DNA of 32,000 bases from an uncultured archaeon (GTDB taxonomy: Archaea; Asgardarchaeota; Thorarchaeia; Thorarchaeales; CAZPUN01). The stretch covers positions 1 to 32,000 of the forward strand of contig CAZPUN010000055.1 in assembly GCA_964589775.1 (NCBI GenBank), in the 5' to 3' direction. Under the pieces are notes generated by a model. The model was not told the DNA's origin. It saw nothing but the letters and a program-made list of their open reading frames with translations, and ran no database searches. Positions 9,204 through 19,027 of this stretch are shown piece by piece. Each line of letters starts with the position of its first letter. Position 1 is the stretch's first letter. Both the position numbers and the translations under genes were made by a program.

Positions 9204-10367
9204 ATGGTAGGTAGAAAAGTTGCCGTTATTGGTACTGGAATGACAAAATTCGGAGAATTATGGGACAAGTCTCTTCGAGATATTGCCCTTGAAGCTGCAA
9301 TTAATGCAATTAACGATTCTGGTGTTGAAGGAAAAGATATTGATGCACTCTATATCGGAAACATGAGTGCTGGTAGATTTACTGGTCAGGAACACCTCGG
9401 AGCTCTTGCTGCAGATATGGGTGGTCTTCGCGGAATACCCGCTACGAGAGTCGAGGGTGCCTGTGCAAGTGGAAGCTTAGCGATACGAGAAGCATTTCTC
9501 GGTATTAAGGCAGGATTATATGATGTTGTTCTAGTTCTCGGTGCTGAAAAAATGACTGATGTCAGTGGCGAGCAAGCAACTACAACGCTCGGTGCTGCTG
9601 CAGATCAGATGTGGGAACTACAATTTGGTGCTACATTCCCATCACTTTACGCTATGATGGCTCGCTATCACATGCACAAGTATGGTTCCACTATTGAACA
9701 ACTAAGCAAAATTGCTGTAAAATCTCATGAAATGGGCGCTTTGAACCCATATGCACAATTCAGAATGAAGGTTTCATTAGAGGCTGTAATGAATTCCACA
9801 CCAGTTGCTGACCCCCTGAGAATCCTGCACTGCTCTCCCATCACAGATGGCGCAAGTGCTGTTGTTCTCGCAAGTGAGGAAGTCGCAAAGAAATTCACAG
9901 ATGAACCGATCTGGATTGTAGGTTCTGCTTTAGCAACTGACACTTTGGCTCTTCATGACCGTGAAGATTTAGCCTCAGTTTGGGCAGCTAAAAAGGCAGC
10001 AAAAGAAGCATACAAGATGGCAGGTGTCACAGTCGATGATATTAACATCTTTGAAGTTCATGATTGCTTCTCAAACGCAGAACTAATGGCGTATGAGGAT
10101 CTCGGAATCACTCCAAAAGGACAAGGTGGAAAAGCAATCGATGAGGGCATAGTTACTCGGCATGGAGACAAACCTGTAAACATGAGTGGTGGTCTAAAAG
10201 CAAAGGGTCATCCAGTCGGTGCAACTGGCGTCGCTCAGATTGCAGAAATTACAACCCAACTTAGAGGTAAAGCTGGCGAACGTCAGATACCCGATGTGGA
10301 AATTGGACTGACTCATAATGTTGGTGGCTCAGGAGCCACTGCGGTAATCCACATATTGAGGAGGTAA
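9204..10367 (+). CDS. Archaeal acetoacetyl-CoA thiolase (SCP2-type thiolase)
   Basis: EGACASG, EVHDCF, GGLKAKGHPVGATG, HNVGG; located between HMG-CoA synthase and DUF35. Confidence 0.95.
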   Translation: MVGRKVAVIGTGMTKFGELWDKSLRDIALEAAINAINDSGVEGKDIDALYIGNMSAGRFTGQEHLGALAADMGGLRGIPATRVEGACASGSLAIREAFLGIKAGLYDVVLVLGAEKMTDVSGEQATTTLGAAADQMWELQFGATFPSLYAMMARYHMHKYGSTIEQLSKIAVKSHEMGALNPYAQFRMKVSLEAVMNSTPVADPLRILHCSPITDGASAVVLASEEVAKKFTDEPIWIVGSALATDTLALHDREDLASVWAAKKAAKEAYKMAGVTVDDINIFEVHDCFSNAELMAYEDLGITPKGQGGKAIDEGIVTRHGDKPVNMSGGLKAKGHPVGATGVAQIAEITTQLRGKAGERQIPDVEIGLTHNVGGSGATAVIHILRR

Positions 10368-10371
10368 AAAG

Positions 10372-10788
10372 ATGCCACACATGAAAAATGTTCCATCACA
10401 CTGGAGAAGCTTCCAAGCGGTATACAATCTGGTAGGTCAGAAATGCGAAAACTGTGGTTCCTATTACTTCCCACCAAGACCAATATGTCCCAAGTGCCGA
10501 AGAGACAGCAAACTCGTACCATACAAATTCTCAGGCAAGGGAGAGGTAGTCACATTTTCAATTGTACGTGCACCTCCTGAAGGATATGAACTCGGCGCAC
10601 CATATGCAGTTGCAATCATTAAGCTCGATGAAGGTCCTATGCTTACAGCTCAATTAACCGATGTTGAACTTGAAGATATCAAAATTGGTATGCGAGTTGA
10701 AATGGCATTCAGAAAGCTATACGAAGCAGACAAAGAAGCCTTCATCAGATATGGATACAAGTTCAGACCCGAGTGGAAACCTGAATAA
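10372..10788 (+). CDS. DUF35 Zn-ribbon/OB-fold scaffold protein of the thiolase-HMGCS complex
   Basis: CENCG..YFPPRPICPKC Zn ribbon plus OB fold (G.GEVVTFS...PYAVAIIKLDEG...GMRVEMAFR); GAGGT SD overlaps the thiolase 3' end. Confidence 0.93.
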   Translation: MPHMKNVPSHWRSFQAVYNLVGQKCENCGSYYFPPRPICPKCRRDSKLVPYKFSGKGEVVTFSIVRAPPEGYELGAPYAVAIIKLDEGPMLTAQLTDVELEDIKIGMRVEMAFRKLYEADKEAFIRYGYKFRPEWKPE

Positions 10789-10829
10789 AAAAAGAAAAAA
10801 TAGCAGACTTCTGCTATTCAAATTTTTTT
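10787..10829. terminator. Bidirectional hairpin plus U-tract terminator
   Basis: A-tract (10787-10800), AATAGCAG-actt-CTGCTATT perfect 8-bp stem (10799-10818), then a T-tract (10823-10829), between convergent genes. Confidence 0.7.
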
Positions 10830-12177
10830 AAATTGCTGCCTCGGCTTTTACTTCTTGTTTTGGTTTGATTTTTAGCCTTGCGAATATCTCAGGACTAAAT
10901 ACTATGAAGCTGACCGATGTTAAGATAAACAAGATACCAGAAATCATATAGAGCTGCATATCAGAAGCCGCGTATCCCATAATGACCAACAGTGCCATAA
11001 TTGCAAATGTGATGGATTGAAGACCTGTAAGAGTCTTTCCACGACGTAATAGACGAACACCACCGATAAGAAATGAGGCAATTCCAATTATCAATGATGG
11101 AATGAAGAACATGTAAAACATGAATATATATAATGGCAAGATTTCATTAAATTGATATCCGATCATAATTGCAATTAATGTAATCAGCGATGATACAAAT
11201 GCAATAAATATTTTTTCGATAATTCTGACGGGGTCAATTGAAACTCTACCCACGACTGAAGCATACAGCAAGGAATAGATAGCAATGTATGCAATGACTG
11301 AACCTATAAGATATGGAGCGCGCTCTAATAGATATGTATAGCCCATAAGAACAAGTTCATGATTGATGTAGTATATGGTATTTAGATAGTTGTTAATCAA
11401 TATTAGAAACACAGTATATAACATATAGCGTATTGCTTGGCTTGCTTTTTCTTTGTATCTAGCATAAAAGATCACAATGAACATAAGAAGAGTCAGAATT
11501 AGAATTGTTCGGCCAATGAAGAATATTAGCATATCCATTGAAGACATATTTACAATTATCAAACCTATATTTTGGCTAAATGCCATTGGAAATATGAAGT
11601 ATATTGCAGACGTTTGAATATTTAAGGGACGGATACCTATAAATCCAAGAAACATAACAAGCAGAATAGCAAGAGCCGATAATTCATCTGGAACTGCAGT
11701 AGTCCATGTAGATTTAATAAATTCCAGCAAAGAGAGGTCTAGTAATAATCCAAAAGCAGATATTGCACGTCCATCTTCAGAAACTTTAGAAACAACAATA
11801 CCTAGAATTAATGAAATTACTAGATTCCCTAGAAACACCGGAGGAGTTGCTGCAATAAATATTAAATGAAATCCAAATAATATACCATATATAATTGAGA
11901 TTAATGATGGAATTCTTGATCTCTTTTCATAAATTCCAAATGATCCCATTAGCAAGAACGAAAATACAAACGATAATGAAATTATATAATTTAACGGTAT
12001 TATTATGACATTCAATAAGTAGAGAAGCCATAGTACAGACAGACTATAAATTGTCCAACTCATAATCGCTCGAACTAGAAAATGTGCTAAATGTCGATAG
12101 CGTACTGTGGCTACAATTCCTATCAACAATGCATAAAATATTTCAATCCAAACAATTATCGTCAACGACTCGATCAT
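10828..12177 (-). CDS. Polytopic membrane protein of unknown function (about 14-15 TM)
   Basis: Almost entirely hydrophobic, 449 aa; GGAG SD; 15 bp downstream of the M28 peptidase gene on the same strand. Confidence 0.8.
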   Translation of the reverse strand: MIESLTIIVWIEIFYALLIGIVATVRYRHLAHFLVRAIMSWTIYSLSVLWLLYLLNVIIIPLNYIISLSFVFSFLLMGSFGIYEKRSRIPSLISIIYGILFGFHLIFIAATPPVFLGNLVISLILGIVVSKVSEDGRAISAFGLLLDLSLLEFIKSTWTTAVPDELSALAILLVMFLGFIGIRPLNIQTSAIYFIFPMAFSQNIGLIIVNMSSMDMLIFFIGRTILILTLLMFIVIFYARYKEKASQAIRYMLYTVFLILINNYLNTIYYINHELVLMGYTYLLERAPYLIGSVIAYIAIYSLLYASVVGRVSIDPVRIIEKIFIAFVSSLITLIAIMIGYQFNEILPLYIFMFYMFFIPSLIIGIASFLIGGVRLLRRGKTLTGLQSITFAIMALLVIMGYAASDMQLYMISGILFILTSVSFIVFSPEIFARLKIKPKQEVKAEAAI

Positions 12178-12192
12178 TGATTTATCAACTCC

Positions 12193-13419
12193 TTAATCTT
12201 TATCGATATTTCTTAATGATTGAACTACGATTTGTTTCGCAATTTCAATATGTTCGTTATCAATATTATCCGGATTATCATCCGGGGAATGCCAGAGCGG
12301 AAATAGACCATCCACATCCTTACAGAATAAAGTAGCTGCTTTTATGTCGCGCATGGTAAATGAAGTGGCATCTGTATCTCCAAATGATATAGCAACCGAA
12401 GATATTTCTTTACCGATATCTTTTGCAGATTTAACTAAAAGATCAACAACTTCTTTTGAGTGTGTAATTGCATTTGCGGTCTCTTTGGCAATAACTGCGT
12501 GCTCACCAGTTCCAACAGTCTCAAGATTAATTACAAGAACATCCTTGATCTCGTCATAATGTTTTGTCACAAAGAATTTACTGCCAATTAATCCGGGCTC
12601 TTCTGCACCGAATGACACCACCCAGACTTCTGTGGATTGAAGTGGATTCTCATGAATTTCCTTTCCAGCCCATAGAATAGCGGCGACTGAACTTAGGTTA
12701 TCAGAAGCTCCTATTACAGGCCGATTAGTAACCAGTCCGAATTTCATCATCATTCCGTTTATGAAACCGACTATAATTAGCACTACAAATATCAGAAGTA
12801 CTATAGTATGAATTGGTTCAGGAATAAGCGATTCGATGTTAAAAAGCTTCAATAATGACTCAATAAATAGGATTATGATACCAAGAACTCCAACATTCTG
12901 TATAATACCCATATATCTCTTATATTTAAAGAAGAGTGGCATTTCATAGGCTGAGTCGTGATGCGCTGATATGATGACGCGGTGTTTAACTTCGCCTTTA
13001 GGCTTTATGATTCCATAGACAGTTTTTGTTCTTTTCTTCTTACAGAATATATCGGATATATAAATGCGCTTCAGACGAAATAGCAGGAATGTGAGTATAC
13101 TCAGAAATGTTGTGAATAAAGATATCAAAATAGATATTGTATATAATAATGGATCTAATTGCAGAATATTGAAATCAGCAAGAAACGTTAGAAAATAACT
13201 AATGACGCCAATTGTAAAAATCCCAATAATAAAATTAATCATTATCTGTAGCGATCTAGGACATACCTGAAAATCTTCCTCGCGAACTTCATCTGTTATC
13301 TCAGACAATATCTGCTTGATTTCATCTGCGGTCTTCAAGTCTGATTCTGAGCCTGCAATTCTCGCTCCGTATTGCTTACAAATGTCGACAACAAAATCGT
13401 AAGGTTTTTCATAGTTCAA
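12193..13419 (-). CDS. Membrane-embedded M28-family Zn aminopeptidase
   Basis: ISAHHDS, GASDNLS, FGAEEPGLIGS, INLET, TDATSF and WHSPDD motifs with two inserted TM hairpins; GGAGG SD plus TTG. Confidence 0.88.
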   Translation of the reverse strand: MNYEKPYDFVVDICKQYGARIAGSESDLKTADEIKQILSEITDEVREEDFQVCPRSLQIMINFIIGIFTIGVISYFLTFLADFNILQLDPLLYTISILISLFTTFLSILTFLLFRLKRIYISDIFCKKKRTKTVYGIIKPKGEVKHRVIISAHHDSAYEMPLFFKYKRYMGIIQNVGVLGIIILFIESLLKLFNIESLIPEPIHTIVLLIFVVLIIVGFINGMMMKFGLVTNRPVIGASDNLSSVAAILWAGKEIHENPLQSTEVWVVSFGAEEPGLIGSKFFVTKHYDEIKDVLVINLETVGTGEHAVIAKETANAITHSKEVVDLLVKSAKDIGKEISSVAISFGDTDATSFTMRDIKAATLFCKDVDGLFPLWHSPDDNPDNIDNEHIEIAKQIVVQSLRNIDKD

Positions 13420-13687
13420 TTATGATTTCCTCCAACAACTAATTATATAATTAAGATAAAACGGAACTATTATTTATTTCTTTTTGATTTTTTATTATAT
13501 AGAACAAAATATAGGAAAATATTACAAAAAAGTTCGCAAAATATTTCATTAGTTTTTTGCTTTTACTCTAAAATTAACTAGACTGAAAAAAAAAGTATAT
13601 ATCATGAATTTATAGATACATATTCATTGGACACATATAATTGTCATTACATATAATAGTAAATTGTAATAGAATTATAATAAATAT

Positions 13688-13939
13688 TTAACCAAAAATA
13701 TCATCAACGAATTCTTCTGGCTTTTTACTCTTTTCTTCATCTGCAATAACAAGTTCATGATCGCGAATATATACCCCCTTCGGACCTATTGCTAGATATA
13801 AAAGATAAGAGTGCCCCTTACTGCATTTTACAACCTTTTTGAATCTTAATCCACTTTGTGTGGATTTACGAACTTGTTCTTCGTCAACATCAACCCCATA
13901 TAGTTCGCCACACTTTGGACATTTAAATTTCAATCGCAT
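13688..13939 (-). CDS. Small Zn-ribbon protein
   Basis: CPKC...CSKGH putative Zn ligands; GGTGG SD before ATG at 13939 (the track starts at TTG 13957). Confidence 0.7.
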   Translation of the reverse strand: MRLKFKCPKCGELYGVDVDEEQVRKSTQSGLRFKKVVKCSKGHSYLLYLAIGPKGVYIRDHELVIADEEKSKKPEEFVDDIFG

Positions 13940-14033
13940 ACCGATCCACCAACTCAAAAAATATTAATTAATATAAGGTTATTTTAAGTAGTATATAAGA
14001 ATACCTCTATACACGCTTTTAGGTGGGCAAAAA

Positions 14034-14774
14034 ATGGATAAAAATATATTAAAAGCGGCAGAATTAATAAAAAATTCGGAATATCTAGTTATTTTGACGG
14101 GGGCAGGAATATCTGCAGAAAGTGGTATTCCAACATTTAGAGGCAAAGAAGGCTTCTGGAGATCATATAATCCTATGGAATTAGCAACCCCTTATGCGTT
14201 CAAACGAGATCCGAAACTCGTCTGGGAATTCTATTCATATAGACAAAAAATTATAAAGAATGCAAAACCGAATGATGCTCACAAAATAATAAAGGAATGG
14301 GAAGATAAAGGGATTGTAAAAACCGTAGTCACACAAAACGTTGATGGCCTCCACGAACGAACCGGATTAAAAAACATAATACGACTACATGGCTATATAT
14401 GGGGCGTTAAATGTACGAAATGCACATATCATGGTGTGTTAGATGAGCCTGCTGAAGGAATACCAAAATGTCCAGATTGTGGTGAAATGCTAAGACCCGA
14501 TGTCGTATGGTTTGGTGAATCTCTTGATCCCGTTGTAATTAATAAAGCATTTACAGAGTTTTCGAAAGCTGATGTAGGACTCATCATTGGAACTTCCGCA
14601 GTAGTCTATCCTGCAGCTGAACTACCGTTTGTTATAATGAGAAATGGCGGAAAAATCATTGAGATCAATCCCGACAGGACACCAGTCACTGATATATCAA
14701 CAATAAGTATTCATAAGAGTGCAGCTGAGGCTATGCGAGAAATAAATCAAAAAATGAAAGCGCGAGAAAGCTAA
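14034..14774 (+). CDS. cobB: Sir2/CobB NAD-dependent protein deacylase (class III sirtuin)
   Basis: GAGISAESGIPTFRG, Y-x-x-R (FYSYR), TQNVDGLH, LHG, CTKC/CPDC Zn site, RPDVVWFGE, GTSAVVYPAA. Confidence 0.95.
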   Translation: MDKNILKAAELIKNSEYLVILTGAGISAESGIPTFRGKEGFWRSYNPMELATPYAFKRDPKLVWEFYSYRQKIIKNAKPNDAHKIIKEWEDKGIVKTVVTQNVDGLHERTGLKNIIRLHGYIWGVKCTKCTYHGVLDEPAEGIPKCPDCGEMLRPDVVWFGESLDPVVINKAFTEFSKADVGLIIGTSAVVYPAAELPFVIMRNGGKIIEINPDRTPVTDISTISIHKSAAEAMREINQKMKARES

Positions 14775-15322
14775 TCCGGAATGAATTTAATGGATTTTAG
14801 CAGAGTCAACCCAGCCTCATTATACTTTTCGTCCAGAAGTGCTAATGCGAAAAAGACGCGTTTTATAGATTCTATGTATCCCATCATGGAATATAGATAG
14901 GAATTTTTATGATCATCCTTATATTGCTTATATGAAATAGTAATTTCATTCCCATCGATTTCGAAACTTGTTCGCGCTCCATCTTCAAATAGTAGACCCG
15001 TGTAAATTTCTATTGCTTTCTCTTTTAATTTCTCATTCTCTATGTGTACATAAGTCGATACTGTTTTGTGTATTTGGAATGTCTAATTTTATATTTCGTC
15101 GATAACTCAAAAATGCGGCAGTTGGGTAAAACGGACCGAAATTGCAATTTCAATGTCTAGTAGTTTTGTAAAATCATCTCGGGTCTTACTCTCGCCAACT
15201 ATGTTTTCAACTTCTAATGGTAGAAAGTGCTTTGTGCTATAACTTCCGATTGTTAAACTCATTGCTATTTTTCCAAGGGCTTTTGCAACATCTTTTGCAG
15301 TTCTTTTCTTTGGAACTTTCAA
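14771..15322 (-). pseudogene. Interrupted hypothetical gene (about 184 codons with three clustered in-frame stops)
   Basis: The frame from TTG 15322 (MKVPKKRTAKDV...) hits TGA/TAA/TAG at 15109-15083, then continues open for 103 codons (TFQIHKTV...KSIKFIPD) to TAG at 14773-14771. Confidence 0.5.
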
Positions 15323-15405
15323 ATCAACAAAAAATTCGAAAATAAATTTTTGTAAAATAAAAATAAAATAATAAAAACTAACAAAAAATAGAGAGAAAAG
15401 GAAAA

Positions 15406-18400
15406 TCACTTTTTCCGTTTCAAAACAACTACGATTATTACGAATATGACACCTACAATTACTGCAGCAGATATCAAATCTCTCGCACTTAAATTGAATT
15501 CTCCTGTTGTGCCGCTTGATGATGATGAACTTGCAGGATTCTGAGCAGTAACATATGCCACAAAGGCAGGATCATTGTCTATAGACTTACCGTCCCAGTG
15601 ACTAAATCCTGTACTCATGAATAACATGTTTGCGTTCACAGTCCAAGTCGTAATGGATTCTGATGTACTACTCTGATACATTGCACTGAATGCACCTACT
15701 GGAGCCGTCGAAGAGCCTGTAGAGTACGTCTTACCATCTTTACCCCAGACGTAAGTTGCACCACCCATTTGAACTTCAGCGAATGGTGTGTTATTCGCTC
15801 CGAACTGATAGGTGTTTGCTGAGATGCTTCCCATATTTGTATCATCAATTGGACGATTTCCTGCGCTATATTGAGTTCGAGTAGCCGAGCCTAGCACACC
15901 AAAATATGTAATTGCCAAGCTACGATTCTCTAAGACTGAATTATCAAAGTGATGCAAGTTCCAGTTTCCAATATACTGATCGACTTTCAACGAAACTTCA
16001 TGGTTCCAAGTTGCAGGGTTATTGGGATCAAACTGTGAAATATCAACTGAGAAATGAACCATAAATGAGATCTTATCAATGGAAGCGGTTTCGATGTAAT
16101 AATCAAAATTGGCAGGATCCAATCCATATACCGCACCACTGGTCTGTCTTAGGTCCCAAGCTCCTGTAATCGCTTCAGTTCCTTGCATTCGAATAGGATA
16201 GAGCGTACCGTTAATGTTTAGGAGTTCGACACCAAAATTGACTTGAGTGTCTGCGGATACATTTACGTTTCCGTAAGTTTGATTACTATCAAATGGCAGC
16301 GTGAATTTGATCTTTCCAACTTTATCAATTGTAAAGTAGTGCGTGACTTCGCTGGTTTTAATCATTCCATCTTCTACGGTAAAGTCGGGAGCTCCTGGAG
16401 ATGCTTCTGTAGCATTATCCTTGAATAATAGGAATCCAGCAAATTCGGCTCTGAAGAATGCCCACTGCTTCGATACGTTGTTTATGGCAGTGAGGAAGTA
16501 CTGACTTGTTCCAAATCCGAACCAAGACCATTCCCAGTGATTCGCAGGTTGGTCCCCAATTTGGACTTCAAGAGTCTTATTTACTGTAAGCCATGCAATG
16601 TATTCATATCCGGGATTAGGCGATTTATTTGTTTGATTTGCCCATACGATTTGGCGAATTCTATTAAGTTCTGTAGAATTCACTGGAGTCATATCTGATG
16701 CATGATACCAGTAGAATGTCTCAGTTGCATTAAAGTCCATACTAAATGTTACTAAGCCCATCCAATTATCAGATCTAAACTCATCACCTTGAAATTCAGG
16801 AGATGGATCAAACATTAGTTTCACGAGTAATGCTGTTTTGTTCACATGAACGATGTCGTTCCATGTACCGACACGCTGCACAAAGTACTGGTCTGCAGTC
16901 GTGTGAATATCGCCATCAAGATCTAAAGCACCATCTTCGGTGACTGTCCAGTGTTGTGGCTCCCACGTACGAGGATTACCAATCATGAATGTAGGTGGCA
17001 AGAATATCGTTTTTTCATTGAAAATAACTCCACCAATTGATGACATTTTCTTAGTCCAGTCCATTGGGAGATACATAGGCTTTACATAGTATGCCTCACT
17101 TCTCTTGCCAGTAAGTGTAAATCTATCGATAATGGCTTCTGTAGCATTTTCTGTGAACTTTATTCGTGTTGTTATCCTTGAAAAATCAGATGTCATGCTA
17201 ATGGACGCCTTTTGAGCAATAATTGGATTAGTTAGAATGTAATTCTCTTTAAATATTAGAGCTCCGGTGCGTCTCAGATATATCTCTTTGGTAACATCAC
17301 CATATGTAGTTACATTACCACTTTCAAAATCAATTGTTATGGAATATCGTACCTTATTAACTATGACATGAGTGTCATTTACTATTTGTGAATGACCTAG
17401 CATTGTGTATGTAATATTGTACTGCTTAACTTCGTATTTGATTAATAATCCAGGATATTGAGACATTGTGAAAATAATGGAACCATTAATTAATTCACTT
17501 CTTGCATATACATCCAGTGAGATATTCATCCATTCATTTATTCCGATACTTCTAATTAGGTCACCCGTTTCGGATTCCAGTCTTGCCTGAATTGCAAGGT
17601 CACCAAATGCTAAGGACAATCCATGTTGTTTGATCGCATAGCTAGGAAGAGCATGCTTTAGCTTCTGTGTGACAACGCGACCAAGATTCACATCTACGTG
17701 GAATACAGTTCCATAACTATATAGTTCCCAGGAGGCATCAACTGCAGAAGTCAGATATCCACCCCATTGAACTACTGTCTGGTCTGAGCTTGCAAATGTA
17801 AATGTATTATTGACTACAAAATAATCCTCAACGTGCAACGTACTATTTTCAATTACTTTGAGGTTTACTTGCCAGAAGCCACCATATTTATTTTCGGTCC
17901 ATGTCCAATAAATACTAGGATAGCCTACAAGAACGCGTGGACCAATGGATGCATTATACTCGTAGAACAATGATGGTAATACCTCAAAGCTAGCATGCTT
18001 CCATGTTGTATCTTTATCTGTAAGACTCGCAGGTATATCAACAGACAGTTCGTAATAGTATGAGGTATTATGAATAATCTCTCCGAGATCAAATATCGCA
18101 TATGAAATTGGCTCATTACATGAGATTTTGAATACAAAGGTCTGATTTACATCAGTATAGAAAATATGGTCTCCATTTGTATCATAAAATCCTGCATCAT
18201 AATATACTGGATATAGCCATTCGGTAAACGGAACAGCCATGCCAACTCCAATTGGTGGTGTTCTAAATCGTCCATTTTTAATAGATGCAAGCCAGCTTGG
18301 TCTTAGAATCATACCATTTGAGTCTGTGATTTTAAGCTCAGTCCAGAATACGGACGCTGGCACTTGAGATGTAAATCTAAGAACAAAGGTACAATTATAA

Positions 18401-18906
18401 TCGTTAGTTCCTTCATGATAGGCACTCATATCAGAACTAAATTCGATTACTGAGATCTGAACTTGGTCATTTGTATTTCGTCTATATGCAAAACTAGCAT
18501 CAACCCACCTCTGAGAGGTAACGTTGTAGCTTAGCATAAATACCATAACCATGCTTTCCGTCGGTGCATAACCCCAGAACTTTATCAATTCGGGTGTTGC
18601 TCCGGAAGGCATGTAATTCTTTGGAATTAGAACTTCAATTGCGATCCACATACTGGGATCAACTTTAAAATCATTCTCCATAATATTCGTTCCATTTAAA
18701 TATTTGGCAGTCACAGATGGCTGAGGACCAAACATCCATCGAGAATTTGAATAACTGTGTGTATGATCTTCAACTCCATTGATATACTGCCATTGGACAT
18801 TAATATATGGAGAACTCTCATTTTGAGCGGTGCTAATAACGGGTGCATTTACCAGCATGGTCAAAAATAAAATGCTGATTAACAGACCCATACTTATTTT
18901 TCTCAT
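15406..18906 (-). CDS. Large (1166 aa) exported, C-terminally membrane-anchored surface glycoprotein of unknown function
   Basis: Signal peptide; beta-rich, aromatic-rich body with many N-x-S/T sequons; DLDGD motif; Ser/Thr linker, TM helix and KRKK tail. Confidence 0.85.
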   Translation of the reverse strand: MRKISMGLLISILFLTMLVNAPVISTAQNESSPYINVQWQYINGVEDHTHSYSNSRWMFGPQPSVTAKYLNGTNIMENDFKVDPSMWIAIEVLIPKNYMPSGATPELIKFWGYAPTESMVMVFMLSYNVTSQRWVDASFAYRRNTNDQVQISVIEFSSDMSAYHEGTNDYNCTFVLRFTSQVPASVFWTELKITDSNGMILRPSWLASIKNGRFRTPPIGVGMAVPFTEWLYPVYYDAGFYDTNGDHIFYTDVNQTFVFKISCNEPISYAIFDLGEIIHNTSYYYELSVDIPASLTDKDTTWKHASFEVLPSLFYEYNASIGPRVLVGYPSIYWTWTENKYGGFWQVNLKVIENSTLHVEDYFVVNNTFTFASSDQTVVQWGGYLTSAVDASWELYSYGTVFHVDVNLGRVVTQKLKHALPSYAIKQHGLSLAFGDLAIQARLESETGDLIRSIGINEWMNISLDVYARSELINGSIIFTMSQYPGLLIKYEVKQYNITYTMLGHSQIVNDTHVIVNKVRYSITIDFESGNVTTYGDVTKEIYLRRTGALIFKENYILTNPIIAQKASISMTSDFSRITTRIKFTENATEAIIDRFTLTGKRSEAYYVKPMYLPMDWTKKMSSIGGVIFNEKTIFLPPTFMIGNPRTWEPQHWTVTEDGALDLDGDIHTTADQYFVQRVGTWNDIVHVNKTALLVKLMFDPSPEFQGDEFRSDNWMGLVTFSMDFNATETFYWYHASDMTPVNSTELNRIRQIVWANQTNKSPNPGYEYIAWLTVNKTLEVQIGDQPANHWEWSWFGFGTSQYFLTAINNVSKQWAFFRAEFAGFLLFKDNATEASPGAPDFTVEDGMIKTSEVTHYFTIDKVGKIKFTLPFDSNQTYGNVNVSADTQVNFGVELLNINGTLYPIRMQGTEAITGAWDLRQTSGAVYGLDPANFDYYIETASIDKISFMVHFSVDISQFDPNNPATWNHEVSLKVDQYIGNWNLHHFDNSVLENRSLAITYFGVLGSATRTQYSAGNRPIDDTNMGSISANTYQFGANNTPFAEVQMGGATYVWGKDGKTYSTGSSTAPVGAFSAMYQSSTSESITTWTVNANMLFMSTGFSHWDGKSIDNDPAFVAYVTAQNPASSSSSSGTTGEFNLSARDLISAAVIVGVIFVIIVVVLKRKK

Positions 18907-19027
18907 ATTTATATCCCTCTACACCACTTTGTATCAATTTATTATATACAAAATGCAAAATAAGATTATCGGTTATATATTATAATTTTAAACTTAGAAT
19001 TCCCATATAAATAAAAAAAAGAAAAAT

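Noticed and set aside
8136-10788. HMG-CoA synthase/thiolase/DUF35 cluster as a novel system
   Set aside because: This is the known, widely conserved archaeal channeling complex at the start of the mevalonate pathway.
13618-13660. Three ACATAT units at 15-16 bp spacing
   Set aside because: Short and within very AT-rich DNA; not a CRISPR array or a convincing repeat.
14034-14774. Sir2 as an anti-phage defence effector
   Set aside because: It is a canonical Zn-containing CobB-type deacylase with no defence-associated neighbours.
15083-15109. Selenocysteine/pyrrolysine or recoded-stop readthrough of the interrupted gene
   Set aside because: All three stop types occur together, including TAA, and other genes in the window end normally at TGA, TAG and TAA.
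15323-15409. Hydrophobic N-terminal extension of track ORF 15107..15409
   Set aside because: It is the translated T-rich terminator region of the giant surface protein gene, not a real TM segment.
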